DNA of 64,000 nucleotides. Origin: a virus (Duplodnaviria > Caudoviricetes). The notes below the pieces were generated by a model. It made no database searches. It was given only the letters and a program-made list of their open reading frames with translations, and was not told the DNA's origin. A program made the translations under genes and the position numbers. How positions within the stretch are numbered: position 1 is the stretch's first letter; the number at the start of each line of letters is the position of its first letter. Positions 37,636 through 47,899 of the stretch are shown one piece after another. The stretch is from IMG/VR virus record IMGVR_UViG_3300032312_001958. One strand, given 5' to 3'.

Positions 37636-39393
37636 TTACTTATTATTGATTTCGTTAAGTATTTGTTCAACAATATCTGAGGATGTACCGTCGTCACCCA
37701 TTACAGTCCCTATTATTTTTTTCTTACTATCTAATATATCGTAGATTACCCCTTCAATTGTATTTTCAAAAATTGGGTAATAAACTGATACTGAATTTTT
37801 TTGTCCATATCGATAAGCTCTATCTTCCGCTTGTGAGTGGTCTGCAGGTACAAATGACAAATCATTCATAATCACTGCCTCAGCAGCGGTTAAAGTTAAA
37901 CCAACCCCCGCAGCTTTCATATTACCACAAAAAACTTGGATTTTGTCACTTTCTTGGAATTTATCCACAGCATCCTGTCTTGCAGGTTTTGTAGTTGACC
38001 CATCTAAGTACACAGATTTTTTACCAAAATGTTCATGTATTTTTTTTAAAGGCTCGGTAAAATTACTAAAAATTATGACTTTTTTACCTTGTTCTAAAAT
38101 ATTTTCAGCTAACTCAATTGTTGTGGATATTTTTTCTTCGGCGATAACTTGTCTTACTTTCATTAATTTTGTAAATTGTATTGAAAGTGATTTAGATTCT
38201 TCTTGTCTATTATTATACCAATCATAATACTCACCCATTAACCCTTCATAAAATTTTGATTTTAATCTTAGATAAACGGGAGTCATAATTTTTTCAGGTA
38301 AATCTAAAACATCAGTTTTTAACCTTCTTAAAATTTGACGAGAAGTTCTCTCTCTAAGTTCTTCTAAATTTGAAGCTCCTGTAACGTTCCAAACTTTTTT
38401 ACTGCCAACCCTAAATTGATATCCATTACAATATCGGATAGCGTACGCCATCCAATTTTGACTAACAGGACTATCTATTAATTTTAAAAGATTATAATAG
38501 TTCATCGGTCTTGATGTCATCGGAGTACCTGTTAATAACCAAAGTTTATTAATACTCTTGGTTAAATCCATTATAATTTTTGTCCTTTGAGCCTGAGCGT
38601 TAGAAACATAGTGAGCCTCATCAATAATAATTAAATCAAAATTAGATTTTAATATTAATGAATTTTCTTTGTCTTTTGGGTCGTGGAAATTTTTTAAAAT
38701 GTCATAATTTGCGATAATATAATCTGAATCCTCAAACTTTTTACCTTCACAGATATAAACACTTTTTTCAGTATAATTACGAATTTCTCTTTCCCAATTT
38801 ATTTTTAAAGATGCTGGACAAATAATCAAAACTTTTTTTGCTCCACTTTCTAAACTAGCAATTACTGTTGATGTGGTTTTACCTAAACCCATATCATCGG
38901 CCAAAATAAACTTGTCGTTTTTTAAAAGTTTCTCAATTGCTTCTTTTTGATGAGATAATGGAGGTCGATTACCATATTTAGAATAATCAACTTCAACAAA
39001 ATTTTCTTTATACTGTTTTACTATTGCGGCTTTTGGGACCCAAAAATCGTGAATAGTTTCACCACTATGTACCTTACCCCAAATATGGTATGATTTATCT
39101 TTATCTATTAAAATTTTCTCAACGTAAATTTTATCAGGTTCTTTAATGAATGGGTTATCTTCAACAAGTTTTTTTGAAAAGTAAGAATCAATATCAACCC
39201 ATTTTTTCGCAACTTTAGGTGTTGTGTTTGAATAATTTATAACATACTCACACTGAGACCTCGTTGGGATATGTTTTTTGTTAGACTCGCACTGTTTTTT
39301 TATTTTTAAAATATAGTTATTTGACCCTTCGTATTTTTCTAAAATACTGAGAGCTTTTTGTTCAATACTAATATTTTGTAAATTGTTTTCCAA
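37636..39393 (-). CDS. SNF2-family helicase (SMARCAL1/HARP-like)
   Basis: LADDMGLGKT, CPASLKINW, DEAH, LTGTP, GVGLTLT, QAEDRAYRYGQ. Confidence 0.92.
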   Translation of the reverse strand: MENNLQNISIEQKALSILEKYEGSNNYILKIKKQCESNKKHIPTRSQCEYVINYSNTTPKVAKKWVDIDSYFSKKLVEDNPFIKEPDKIYVEKILIDKDKSYHIWGKVHSGETIHDFWVPKAAIVKQYKENFVEVDYSKYGNRPPLSHQKEAIEKLLKNDKFILADDMGLGKTTSTVIASLESGAKKVLIICPASLKINWEREIRNYTEKSVYICEGKKFEDSDYIIANYDILKNFHDPKDKENSLILKSNFDLIIIDEAHYVSNAQAQRTKIIMDLTKSINKLWLLTGTPMTSRPMNYYNLLKLIDSPVSQNWMAYAIRYCNGYQFRVGSKKVWNVTGASNLEELRERTSRQILRRLKTDVLDLPEKIMTPVYLRLKSKFYEGLMGEYYDWYNNRQEESKSLSIQFTKLMKVRQVIAEEKISTTIELAENILEQGKKVIIFSNFTEPLKKIHEHFGKKSVYLDGSTTKPARQDAVDKFQESDKIQVFCGNMKAAGVGLTLTAAEAVIMNDLSFVPADHSQAEDRAYRYGQKNSVSVYYPIFENTIEGVIYDILDSKKKIIGTVMGDDGTSSDIVEQILNEINNK

Positions 39394-39417
39394 TCTATCA
39401 ACTTTCCATTATGTCTA

Positions 39418-39446
39418 ATAATAAGTAAAATAAAGATATTTATCAA
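39418..39446 (-). promoter_or_regulatory. Sigma70-like promoter of the helicase gene
   Basis: TTGATA-17 nt-TATTAT on minus strand; overlaps the TATTTAT motif of the divergent gene. Confidence 0.45.
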
Positions 39447-39447
39447 T

Positions 39448-39963
39448 ATGTCACAGAGAAATGTACCAATAACAAGGTTAGGAAAATTTTTTGGAGCTGA
39501 AGATTTTAGTTTAGATGTCGGTATGGGGAGAGAATGGCTAGAAGGGGACATGAACTTTACATTAGTATTATATAAAGTCGACAAAAGAAAAACTGATTTA
39601 GATGATGTCTATGGAGAGGCGTTAAAGAATGGTATTAAATTTTTACCTCCTGTTGAATTTAAAGCTTACGTACAGGTGATGGCTCCTGAAAACAAAAATA
39701 TTGGTAACAGTAAGATTAATCAATTTGAACCTGGTAATATGAGAATATCGGTTTATCAAAAACAGTTAGATGAACTCGGTATTGATATTGATTATGGTGA
39801 CTACATTGGGTATTATGAAAAAGAAAATAGAGTTAGATACTATGTAATTAATAATGACGGTAGGGTTACTTCCGATAATAAACATACTTATGCGGGTTAC
39901 AAACCTTTTTACAGGACTATGATGGCATCCGCAGTAGGACCTAACGAATTTAATGGTTTATAA
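39448..39963 (+). CDS. Putative head-closure/neck protein (gp14-like)
   Basis: DDVYGEA, DIDYGDYI; position before tail terminator and sheath genes. Confidence 0.5.
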   Translation: MSQRNVPITRLGKFFGAEDFSLDVGMGREWLEGDMNFTLVLYKVDKRKTDLDDVYGEALKNGIKFLPPVEFKAYVQVMAPENKNIGNSKINQFEPGNMRISVYQKQLDELGIDIDYGDYIGYYEKENRVRYYVINNDGRVTSDNKHTYAGYKPFYRTMMASAVGPNEFNGL

Positions 39964-39964
39964 A

Positions 39965-41002
39965 ATGGGTTTACCAAAAAAAATAAAAAAAGATATTAAT
40001 CTAATTCCTAAAAAAGAAGGATTACCTCGTAGAATAGAAATGCTTGATATGATTAATGAGCATGGAACATTTTTACCAAAATCTATATTACATGAAGATT
40101 TAGACAGGGGTTTTTTAGATTTTGTTAAAAATGATTTGGAGACAATTTCTGAAGGTCAAAAGATTCCTGTTATTGACATAATCATGACAACTCAAAATTG
40201 GTCAAATTTTACAAAGACATGGGAGTTTCAAAATCTTGATAAGAATCCTGAACCCCCCTTTGTCACAACAATTAGAAACCCTGAAGTGAAGTACGGTTCT
40301 TTACCTTCTCTTTTATGGACCATACCAAACAGAAGACAATATTATTACGCATCAGTTCCAACATGGGACGGAGAAAGAAAAGGGTACGATGTTTACACTA
40401 TCCCACAACCTGTACCTGTAGACATTACATACTCAGTTAAAATAGTTTGTAATCGAATGAGAGAACTTAATAAGTTTAATAAAAAAGTAATTGAAAAATT
40501 TTCGTCTCGTCAGGCTTACACAAATGTAAAAGGTCACTATATACCGATTATTATGAATGAAATTTCAGATGAATCAGTTATGGATATAGAAAAAAGAAGG
40601 TATTATATACAAAGTTATGGCTTTACACTAATGGGATTTTTAATTGACGAGGATGAATTTGAGGTTAAACCGGCAGTTAATAGAGTATTACAGTTAATTG
40701 AAACGGACACAAAAAAAGTGAAATCTAAGAAGATTAAAAATGAAACTTTACCGTCACCAAGTTTTGTATTTAATTTTGAAAATAATGAGGTGTCCACTTC
40801 CCAACAATTAAAGTATACTGCAAATTTAACAGTTGAATCTAAAATTAATATAACAAGTTATTACGTATATATTAATGGATTATTTTATGGTTCAAATTCA
40901 ACAATAATTCAAGTTAATAACGGGGACACATTACAGATTGATATACAAAAACTTACTATTGGTGAGTCTTCACAAATGAATTTGGCGATTGAGTTAATTT
41001 AA
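39965..41002 (+). CDS. Putative tail terminator / sheath stabiliser (gp15-like)
   Basis: PQPVPVDITYSVKI...MRELN...FTLMG; position before the sheath gene. Confidence 0.55.
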   Translation: MGLPKKIKKDINLIPKKEGLPRRIEMLDMINEHGTFLPKSILHEDLDRGFLDFVKNDLETISEGQKIPVIDIIMTTQNWSNFTKTWEFQNLDKNPEPPFVTTIRNPEVKYGSLPSLLWTIPNRRQYYYASVPTWDGERKGYDVYTIPQPVPVDITYSVKIVCNRMRELNKFNKKVIEKFSSRQAYTNVKGHYIPIIMNEISDESVMDIEKRRYYIQSYGFTLMGFLIDEDEFEVKPAVNRVLQLIETDTKKVKSKKIKNETLPSPSFVFNFENNEVSTSQQLKYTANLTVESKINITSYYVYINGLFYGSNSTIIQVNNGDTLQIDIQKLTIGESSQMNLAIELI

Positions 41003-41149
41003 TTACTCTCCGTAAATATCATTTTTATTTGTACAGTTTTTTTTAATTAACATTTCAACAAACTTATTTATTTTAAGACCGTGTTTATCGCAATGTTTTT
41101 TTAATAAATCATGATGATATTCTGATATTTTTAAATTTTTAATTTTCAT
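41003..41149 (-). CDS. Small ribbon-helix-helix-like DNA-binding protein (48 aa)
   Basis: Not in ORF track. MKIKNLKISEYHHDLLKKHCDKHGLKINKFVEMLIKKNCTNKNDIYGE: beta strand, helix, G turn, helix. Confidence 0.6.
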   Translation of the reverse strand: MKIKNLKISEYHHDLLKKHCDKHGLKINKFVEMLIKKNCTNKNDIYGE

Positions 41150-41266
41150 AGGATAAAAAAGTAGAAAAAATTCATACTAAATAATAAATAGATTAAATTA
41201 TGTAAAGTTTTTTGAAAAACCTGAAAGTATTTATATAAAAATAAATTATAAAAAAACTTACATTAA

Positions 41267-44200
41267 ATGGCTAAATCAAACACAGTTTACGTTTCTCCGG
41301 GTGTGTATACATCTGAAAGAGATTTGAGTTTTGTGTCTCAAAATGTCGGTGTAACTACTTTAGGTATTGTTGGGGAAACGGTTAAAGGTCCCGCCTTTGA
41401 GCCGATTTTCATCACAAATTATGATGAATTCCAACTTTACTTTGGTGGAACAACACCTGAAAAATTTGTGAACACACAAATACCTAAGTATGAGGCCGCA
41501 TATATTGCGAAATCTTACCTACAACAATCTAATCAACTTTTTGTAACTCGTGTATTAGGATTATCGGGTTATGATGCGGGGCCTTCGTGGTCTATCAGTA
41601 CTGTTGCAAATGTTGATTGTAATACTGTTGGATTCAATAATACATCAGTTAACTACTCATTTACATTTATAGGAACTACTGCTTCAACATCTACAATTTC
41701 GTTTTTGAGTAACCCTCCTTCAGTAATTAACGCTAATTTTACTGAAAATTATACAACATTTAACGGAGGAACGTCAACAATTTCAGACGATGTTAAATCC
41801 TTGTTGTTAAACATTATGAGAACGCCAGCATCTTCAGCATATACTGCGAGTGTTTGGGGTACTATCCCTTCAAGTGAGTATGTAACATTTGCATCCATTT
41901 ATACTGGAATAACTAACGAATTTGGAGTAACTAGTTTATCGGCAATTACATGTAACGCGAATAACGACCCATGGTTTTATTCAAATTTTGATTTAACTAC
42001 AGGTAATTCATACTCAGGTTATTCGTTCAATGGGGCAGTTAGGTCTTTATCTGGTAATTCTTCAGGGCAATTCTCAGGAAGTGTATCAGGTACTTACTAT
42101 ACATTAACAGGTACTGCTTTTTCAAATTATAATAATATTGTTGTAACAACCCTTCGCTCAAGAGGATTAGCTGATTACGCTAATGATGCGGGTCCAGTTT
42201 ATCAGGTATCAGGAACTTCTAATTTAAATATGATTTGTTCAGGAGCGTATTCAGGTGTTACTAAAAATCCGTTTACAACTTTCTTGTTGTCGGGAGTTAC
42301 TATTGAAAATACAAACTTCACTTATGAAGTTAACTTACTTGAGACAAGTCCAAACTACATTTCAAAAGTGCTTGGAGTTTCAAATTTTGGAAAACCAAGA
42401 ACAACTTTCCCATTATTTGTTGAAGAAACTTATTCTACTTTGTTAAATTATGCATATAACAAAGGTTACATTAGAGGATTAAATTGTACATTAGATACTA
42501 CAAGTAAAGCTAGAGATTTGACAGCCGATTCTTTAGGATGGTATTTGGAACAATATCAAAGTGCTGAGTCTCCTTGGGTAGTATCAGAATTAAGAGGTAA
42601 TAAAGTGTATGAATTATTTAAATTTTTTACAATTGCCGATGGTAATAATTCAAATACTCAAGTAAAAGTCACAATTGCGAATATTTCGTTTACAAATGGA
42701 ACATTTGATGTTGTGGTTAGAGATTTTTATGATACCGATAGTAATCCTGTTGTAGTTGAAAAATTCTCAAACTGTAGTATGGACCCAGGTTTGAATAATT
42801 ATATCGCTAAAAAAATTGGTACGTCTGATGGAGAATTCCAATTAAATTCTAAATATATCATGTTAGAAGTTAATATGGATGCACCAATTGACGCATTACC
42901 TTGTGGATTTGAGGGATACATCAATAGAGAATATCCTTCAGCGTCACCATCTTACCCTGTTTATAAGACTAAATACTATATTCCAGGTGAGACAATATAT
43001 GACCCTCCTTTTGGTAATTCCGCAGGAACTAATAATGACACCCAAAGTTCAGGTGATAATGTTAGAAGAAGTTATTTAGGTTTTTCAAGTCAGTTTGGTG
43101 TTGATGAATCATTATTGATTTACAAGGGAAAACAAAACCCTGTAAGTGATTTCTGTGATGCGACAACTGGTTCTGATTGGGCATATCTTTCTAAAGGTTT
43201 CCACATGGATAGTGGAGCTACCGCTATTACAATTTCACAACTTAATCCTAATTATGGAGGTTTAGTGACATCAGGTAATCAAGCATTTGACTGTGGTGTC
43301 GCATCTTTCAATTCAGAACCAACATCTGAAACAAACCCATATTATAGATTATTCTCACGTAAATTTACTATGGTTCTCCAAGGAGGTTTTGATGGATGGG
43401 ATATCTATACAGAAAGAAGAACAAATTCAGATAGATTTGTATTAGGAAGAAGTGGATATTTGGCAGGAGCATGTGTATCAACAACATATCCATTAGCTAC
43501 AGGTACAGGAATGTTTAAACAAATCACTGTAGGTGAAAATAGTGTGGATTGGGCAAACACTGACTACTACGCATACTTGCTAGGTCAACAAACCTTCTCA
43601 AATCCTGAGGCAGTTAACATCAATGTGTTTGTTACACCTGGTATTGACATTGATAACAACAGTAATCTTGTAGAATCAGCAATTGACATGATTGAGAATG
43701 ACAGAGCTGACTCAATATACATTACAACAATTCCTGACTTCAATTTGTTACAACCATCAACATCTATGGATAATTTATACTATCCACAAGAGGTTGTAGA
43801 TATTTTAGAAACTGCAGGTATTGATTCGAACTATACCGCAACTTACTATCCTTGGGTATTAACTCGTGATACTGTTAATAACACACAAATTTATCTTCCA
43901 GCAACTGCTGAAGTAACAAGAAACTTGGCATTAACGGATAACATTGCATTCCCATGGTTCGCAGCCGCAGGTTACACAAGAGGATTGGTAAACGCTATCA
44001 AAGCTCGTAAAAAGTTAACTCAAGAAGACAGAGACACATTGTACAAAGGTAGAATTAATCCTATCGCAACTTTCAATGATGTAGGGACTGTTATTTGGGG
44101 TAATAAAACTCTTCAAATTAGAGAGTCAGCATTAGATAGAATTAACGTTAGAAGATTGTTGTTACAAGCACGTAAGTTGATTTCAGCGGTGGCGGTAAGA

Positions 44201-44446
44201 TTATTGTTTGAACAAAACGACGCGGTAGTTAGACAACAATTCTTAGATTCGGTTAATCCAATCTTAGATTCTATTCGTAGAGACAGAGGTTTATATGACT
44301 TTAGAGTTACAGTTCAAAACACTCCTGAAGATTTAGATAGAAACCAAATGATAGGTAAGATTTACATCAAACCAACTAAAGCTCTTGAATTTATTGATAT
44401 TGAGTTCTTAATTACTCCAACTGGAGCTTCTTTTGAAAACATCTAA
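41267..44446 (+). CDS. Contractile tail sheath protein (gp18-like) with large insertions
   Basis: VSPGVYTSERDLS, GETVKGP, YYPW, PWFAAAGYTRG, RINPI, WGNKTL, RINVRRL, IKPTKALEFI. Confidence 0.95.
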   Translation: MAKSNTVYVSPGVYTSERDLSFVSQNVGVTTLGIVGETVKGPAFEPIFITNYDEFQLYFGGTTPEKFVNTQIPKYEAAYIAKSYLQQSNQLFVTRVLGLSGYDAGPSWSISTVANVDCNTVGFNNTSVNYSFTFIGTTASTSTISFLSNPPSVINANFTENYTTFNGGTSTISDDVKSLLLNIMRTPASSAYTASVWGTIPSSEYVTFASIYTGITNEFGVTSLSAITCNANNDPWFYSNFDLTTGNSYSGYSFNGAVRSLSGNSSGQFSGSVSGTYYTLTGTAFSNYNNIVVTTLRSRGLADYANDAGPVYQVSGTSNLNMICSGAYSGVTKNPFTTFLLSGVTIENTNFTYEVNLLETSPNYISKVLGVSNFGKPRTTFPLFVEETYSTLLNYAYNKGYIRGLNCTLDTTSKARDLTADSLGWYLEQYQSAESPWVVSELRGNKVYELFKFFTIADGNNSNTQVKVTIANISFTNGTFDVVVRDFYDTDSNPVVVEKFSNCSMDPGLNNYIAKKIGTSDGEFQLNSKYIMLEVNMDAPIDALPCGFEGYINREYPSASPSYPVYKTKYYIPGETIYDPPFGNSAGTNNDTQSSGDNVRRSYLGFSSQFGVDESLLIYKGKQNPVSDFCDATTGSDWAYLSKGFHMDSGATAITISQLNPNYGGLVTSGNQAFDCGVASFNSEPTSETNPYYRLFSRKFTMVLQGGFDGWDIYTERRTNSDRFVLGRSGYLAGACVSTTYPLATGTGMFKQITVGENSVDWANTDYYAYLLGQQTFSNPEAVNINVFVTPGIDIDNNSNLVESAIDMIENDRADSIYITTIPDFNLLQPSTSMDNLYYPQEVVDILETAGIDSNYTATYYPWVLTRDTVNNTQIYLPATAEVTRNLALTDNIAFPWFAAAGYTRGLVNAIKARKKLTQEDRDTLYKGRINPIATFNDVGTVIWGNKTLQIRESALDRINVRRLLLQARKLISAVAVRLLFEQNDAVVRQQFLDSVNPILDSIRRDRGLYDFRVTVQNTPEDLDRNQMIGKIYIKPTKALEFIDIEFLITPTGASFENI

Positions 44447-44463
44447 TATTAAACAATAATTAT

Positions 44464-44489
44464 AAAAACCCCCTTATTGGGGGTTTTTT
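44464..44489 (+). terminator. Rho-independent terminator
   Basis: AAAAACCCCC-TTATT-GGGGGTTTTTT after the sheath gene. Confidence 0.85.
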
Positions 44490-44512
44490 ATTTTAAACAA
44501 TATTTATATAAT

Positions 44513-45355
44513 ATGAAAAGAATTTTTGAAGGTTTCACAGAAGAGGGTACTCCTGATTTAAAATATTATGCATTTGATTGGGATGATAATATAATGTATA
44601 TGCCAACTAAAATTATCTTAAAAGAAAAAAATGGTAAAGAGGTTGGTATGGGTACTCATGATTTTGCCAAATACCGTACATTAATTGGAAAAGAAGAGTT
44701 TGAATATAATGGTAATACTATTGTAGGATTTTCAGATGACCCGTTTAGATATTTTGGAGAAAAAGGTGATGAAGAATTTTTGATTGGTTGTTTGATGGCA
44801 AAAAAAGGACCTGCTTGGAGTGATTTTGTAGAAGCAATAAACGGGGGGTCAATTTTTTCAATTATTACCGCAAGAGGTCATCACCCAAATACATTAAAAA
44901 GGGCAGTTAAACAATTGATTGACGGTGAAATTGATGGTATTTCTAAACAAGAAATTGTTAAAAATTTAAAAAAATATAGAGATAAAGTTAAAGGACTCCC
45001 AACTGAAAAGTTAGATGACAATACACTTATAAATTTATATTTAGAAATGTGTCAATTTTATCCTGTTACACATGGTGAAGGAAGTGCGACAAGTCCTGAA
45101 GATGGTAAAGTTAAAGCTATGAGAAAATTTATATCATATGTCAGACAACAGGCAAAACTTTTACAAAAAGACGTAGAAATGATTGACGATGTATCTAATT
45201 CGTTTGTACCACAAATAGGTTTTTCAGATGATGATGAAAGAAATTTACAAGCAATGATTAATAAATTATCAGATGATGAAGAAAAATCTTTAAAAATGTA
45301 TACTACTAAAACTGGTGAAAAAAAGAAATTCCAAGGAACTAGTAATGAAGACTAG
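44513..45355 (+). CDS. HAD-superfamily phosphatase-like protein
   Basis: AFDWDDN (motif I), IITARGH (II), K (III), GFSDDD (IV); ATG at 44513. Confidence 0.7.
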   Translation: MKRIFEGFTEEGTPDLKYYAFDWDDNIMYMPTKIILKEKNGKEVGMGTHDFAKYRTLIGKEEFEYNGNTIVGFSDDPFRYFGEKGDEEFLIGCLMAKKGPAWSDFVEAINGGSIFSIITARGHHPNTLKRAVKQLIDGEIDGISKQEIVKNLKKYRDKVKGLPTEKLDDNTLINLYLEMCQFYPVTHGEGSATSPEDGKVKAMRKFISYVRQQAKLLQKDVEMIDDVSNSFVPQIGFSDDDERNLQAMINKLSDDEEKSLKMYTTKTGEKKKFQGTSNED

Positions 45356-45422
45356 TACAAGTATTTTAAAAAAAAAACAAAAGTAAATACATTTTTTTTT
45401 CAATTCAGTTATATTATATAAT

Positions 45423-46082
45423 ATGATATATATTTTTTCACACTTAGGTTTAGGTGACCATATAATATGTAACGGAATTGTTAGATATTATTCTGAAATT
45501 TACGAAAAAGTTTTTGTATTTGTTAGACAACACAATTTTAGTAATGTTAGTTATATGTACAGAGACAATCCAAATATTATTCCCATTGTTGCTGGGGATG
45601 AGTTTGAAATTGAAAATTACATTGAAGAAAATAAACTTTTAGACAAGGTAATTAAAGTTGGATATGATGGGTTAACATTTAATGAAGAAACTACATTTGA
45701 TGTTGAATTTTATAAAACAATTGGTTTAGATTTTTCATTAAGGTTTGATAAATTTTATTTTTTAAGGGATTATCAAATAGAGTCTGACATTTTGAAAAAA
45801 CTTAACCCAAATAATGAAAAATATATCTTTACACATGGGGTCGACCATGATAGGATAAGTACTGAATATAAAATAATTACAAACCCTATTGAATATAAAG
45901 TTTTTGATTTATTGACATTGATTGAAAATGCTGAAGAAGTTCACATTATGGAATCAAGTATAAAAAATATAATAAACTCATATAAATTTAAAAAACCAAA
46001 AATTTATTTTCATACTTATAGTCGAGGATATTCAAATTATTACCATTCAGTTGGTCTAAATGACTTTATATATATTGATTGA
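45423..46082 (+). CDS. Putative glycosyltransferase-like protein
   Basis: HLGLGDHIICNG N-terminus; LIENAEEVHIMESS resembles a GT9/GT11-like C-terminus. Confidence 0.5.
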   Translation: MIYIFSHLGLGDHIICNGIVRYYSEIYEKVFVFVRQHNFSNVSYMYRDNPNIIPIVAGDEFEIENYIEENKLLDKVIKVGYDGLTFNEETTFDVEFYKTIGLDFSLRFDKFYFLRDYQIESDILKKLNPNNEKYIFTHGVDHDRISTEYKIITNPIEYKVFDLLTLIENAEEVHIMESSIKNIINSYKFKKPKIYFHTYSRGYSNYYHSVGLNDFIYID

Positions 46083-46083
46083 A

Positions 46084-46467
46084 ATGAATGAAGAAACAAT
46101 AAGTGTTAGTATTGGGGAATTATTAGATAAATTATCCATTTTAAAAATTAAAAAAAATAAAATAAAAGATTGTTTAAAATTAAGATATATAAATTCAGAA
46201 TTTTTACATATTAACGAAAAAAGTACTGAGTATTTAAAAAACCCAAAAGTAAAAAAATTGTTTAAAAAAATTTACAAAACAAATAAAATTTTATGGGATT
46301 TAGAGGATAAAATCAGAAAAAAAGAAAAACAAAATAAATTTAACAATAAATTTATAGAAATATCTATTAAAATTTGTGAAACGAATGATTTAAGGTTTGT
46401 TATAAAAAATAAAATTAACCAAATCACTAATTCAAAATATAAAGAACAAAAAGATTATTCTGTATAA
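46084..46467 (+). CDS. DUF6165-like protein
   Basis: VSIGELLDKLSILKIK, NKILWDLEDKIR, NDLRF.IKNKIN...EQK; start may be 46060 or 46084. Confidence 0.7.
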   Translation: MNEETISVSIGELLDKLSILKIKKNKIKDCLKLRYINSEFLHINEKSTEYLKNPKVKKLFKKIYKTNKILWDLEDKIRKKEKQNKFNNKFIEISIKICETNDLRFVIKNKINQITNSKYKEQKDYSV

Positions 46468-46560
46468 ACTAGTATTTATAATAAAAAAAGAAAAGTAAAT
46501 AGATTTTTCTTTTGTGATATATTTATAAGAGAATAAAACAGAAAAAAACAAAAAGAAACT

Positions 46561-47049
46561 ATGGCTGATTTGCTGATGAAAATGCCTATTCCCTACGAAC
46601 CGAAAAGGCAGAATAGATTTATATTAAGATTTGATTCTTCTTTGGGAATCAATGAATGGTTTGTAGAATCTACAAGTAGACCACACATCACAATCGGTGC
46701 TACTGAGATTCAATTCCTAAACACATCTACATTCGTAGCAGGTAGATTTAACTGGCAAACAATTAACGTAACATTCCGTGACCCAATTGGACCTTCTGCA
46801 GCTCAGGCACTTATGGAATGGGTTCGTTTACACGCGGAATCTGTAACAGGTCGTATGGGTTACGCTGCGGGTTATAAGAAAAACATTGACTTAGAAATGT
46901 TAGACCCGACAGGTGTTGTTGTTGAAAAATGGTTGTTACAAGATACATTCTTAACTGACGTTAACTTTAACCAATTATCTTACTCACAAGATGGATTGGC
47001 AACTATCACGGCAACTTTAAGACCTGATAGATGTATCTTAGTTTACTAA
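46561..47049 (+). CDS. Tail tube protein (gp19-like)
   Basis: EPKRQNRF, GRFNWQTINVTFRDPI, LMEW, YKKNIDLEMLDPTGVVVEKWLL. Confidence 0.88.
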   Translation: MADLLMKMPIPYEPKRQNRFILRFDSSLGINEWFVESTSRPHITIGATEIQFLNTSTFVAGRFNWQTINVTFRDPIGPSAAQALMEWVRLHAESVTGRMGYAAGYKKNIDLEMLDPTGVVVEKWLLQDTFLTDVNFNQLSYSQDGLATITATLRPDRCILVY

Positions 47050-47067
47050 TATAAAAAAATATTTTTT

Positions 47068-47094
47068 AAAAACCTCACATATGTGGGGTTTTTT
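47068..47094 (+). terminator. Rho-independent terminator
   Basis: AAAAACCTCAC-ATAT-GTGGGGTTTTTT after the tube gene. Confidence 0.8.
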
Positions 47095-47146
47095 GTTTAC
47101 TATGAATTAATATTAGATTATTTTAATTAATAAAATACAAACAAAT

Positions 47147-47899
47147 ATGGACTCAAGAGAAGCCGGACAAATGAATTTTAATTTACCTCACGATATAGTG
47201 ACACTACCAAGTGGAGGTAAATTTTATAAAAATAAAAAGAAAAGTGTTAAAGTTGGATTTTTAACTGCTTCAGATGAAAATCATTTAGTTAATATTAAAA
47301 AAGCTGATTCACAATCTATCATAAACGCAATTGTTAGAAACAAACTTTATGAGCCTGATATGAAACCAGAACAAATGTTAGATGGGGATATCGAAGCAGT
47401 TTTGGTATTTCTTAGAAACACTTCATTTGGTCCTAATTATAGTATACCTGCAATTGACCCTGCAACTGGAGAGTCATTTATTGCTAATATCGACCTATCT
47501 GAGTTAGATATTAAAAAAACTAAAGAAGAACCTGATGGTGAGGGTTTGTTTGTTACAACATTACCTAAAAGTAATGTATCCGTTAAATTAAAACTTTTAA
47601 CGTTTGGTGAAGATTTAGAAATTGAAAGACAACTAGAAGGTTACCCACAAGGACTTACTCCACCAAGAATTACAAAAAGACTATTAGAACAGATTGTTGA
47701 ATTAAATGGTACAAGAGATAAAGGTGAAATATCTAAGTCAATTGAAAAAATGCCAATTACTGACTCAAAATATATTCGTAATTTTTTGAGTGAAAACGAG
47801 CCAAGATACGATTTAACAAAAGAAGTTATCGCCCCGTCCGGAAAAAAGGTATCCTTGAGGATAGCCTTTGGGGTGGAGTTTTTTCGGCCTTTCTTCTGA
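47147..47899 (+). CDS. Baseplate hub assembly / tail assembly chaperone (T4 gp26-like)
   Basis: VTLPSGGKFY, GDIEAVLVFLRNTSFG, TLPKS; lies between tube and tape measure genes; ends GVEFFRPFF. Confidence 0.75.
   Translation: MDSREAGQMNFNLPHDIVTLPSGGKFYKNKKKSVKVGFLTASDENHLVNIKKADSQSIINAIVRNKLYEPDMKPEQMLDGDIEAVLVFLRNTSFGPNYSIPAIDPATGESFIANIDLSELDIKKTKEEPDGEGLFVTTLPKSNVSVKLKLLTFGEDLEIERQLEGYPQGLTPPRITKRLLEQIVELNGTRDKGEISKSIEKMPITDSKYIRNFLSENEPRYDLTKEVIAPSGKKVSLRIAFGVEFFRPFF

Noticed and set aside
32638-39393. Inteins or introns in polymerase or helicase
   Set aside because: Motifs are contiguous with normal spacing; no C...HN splice junctions or LAGLIDADG motifs seen
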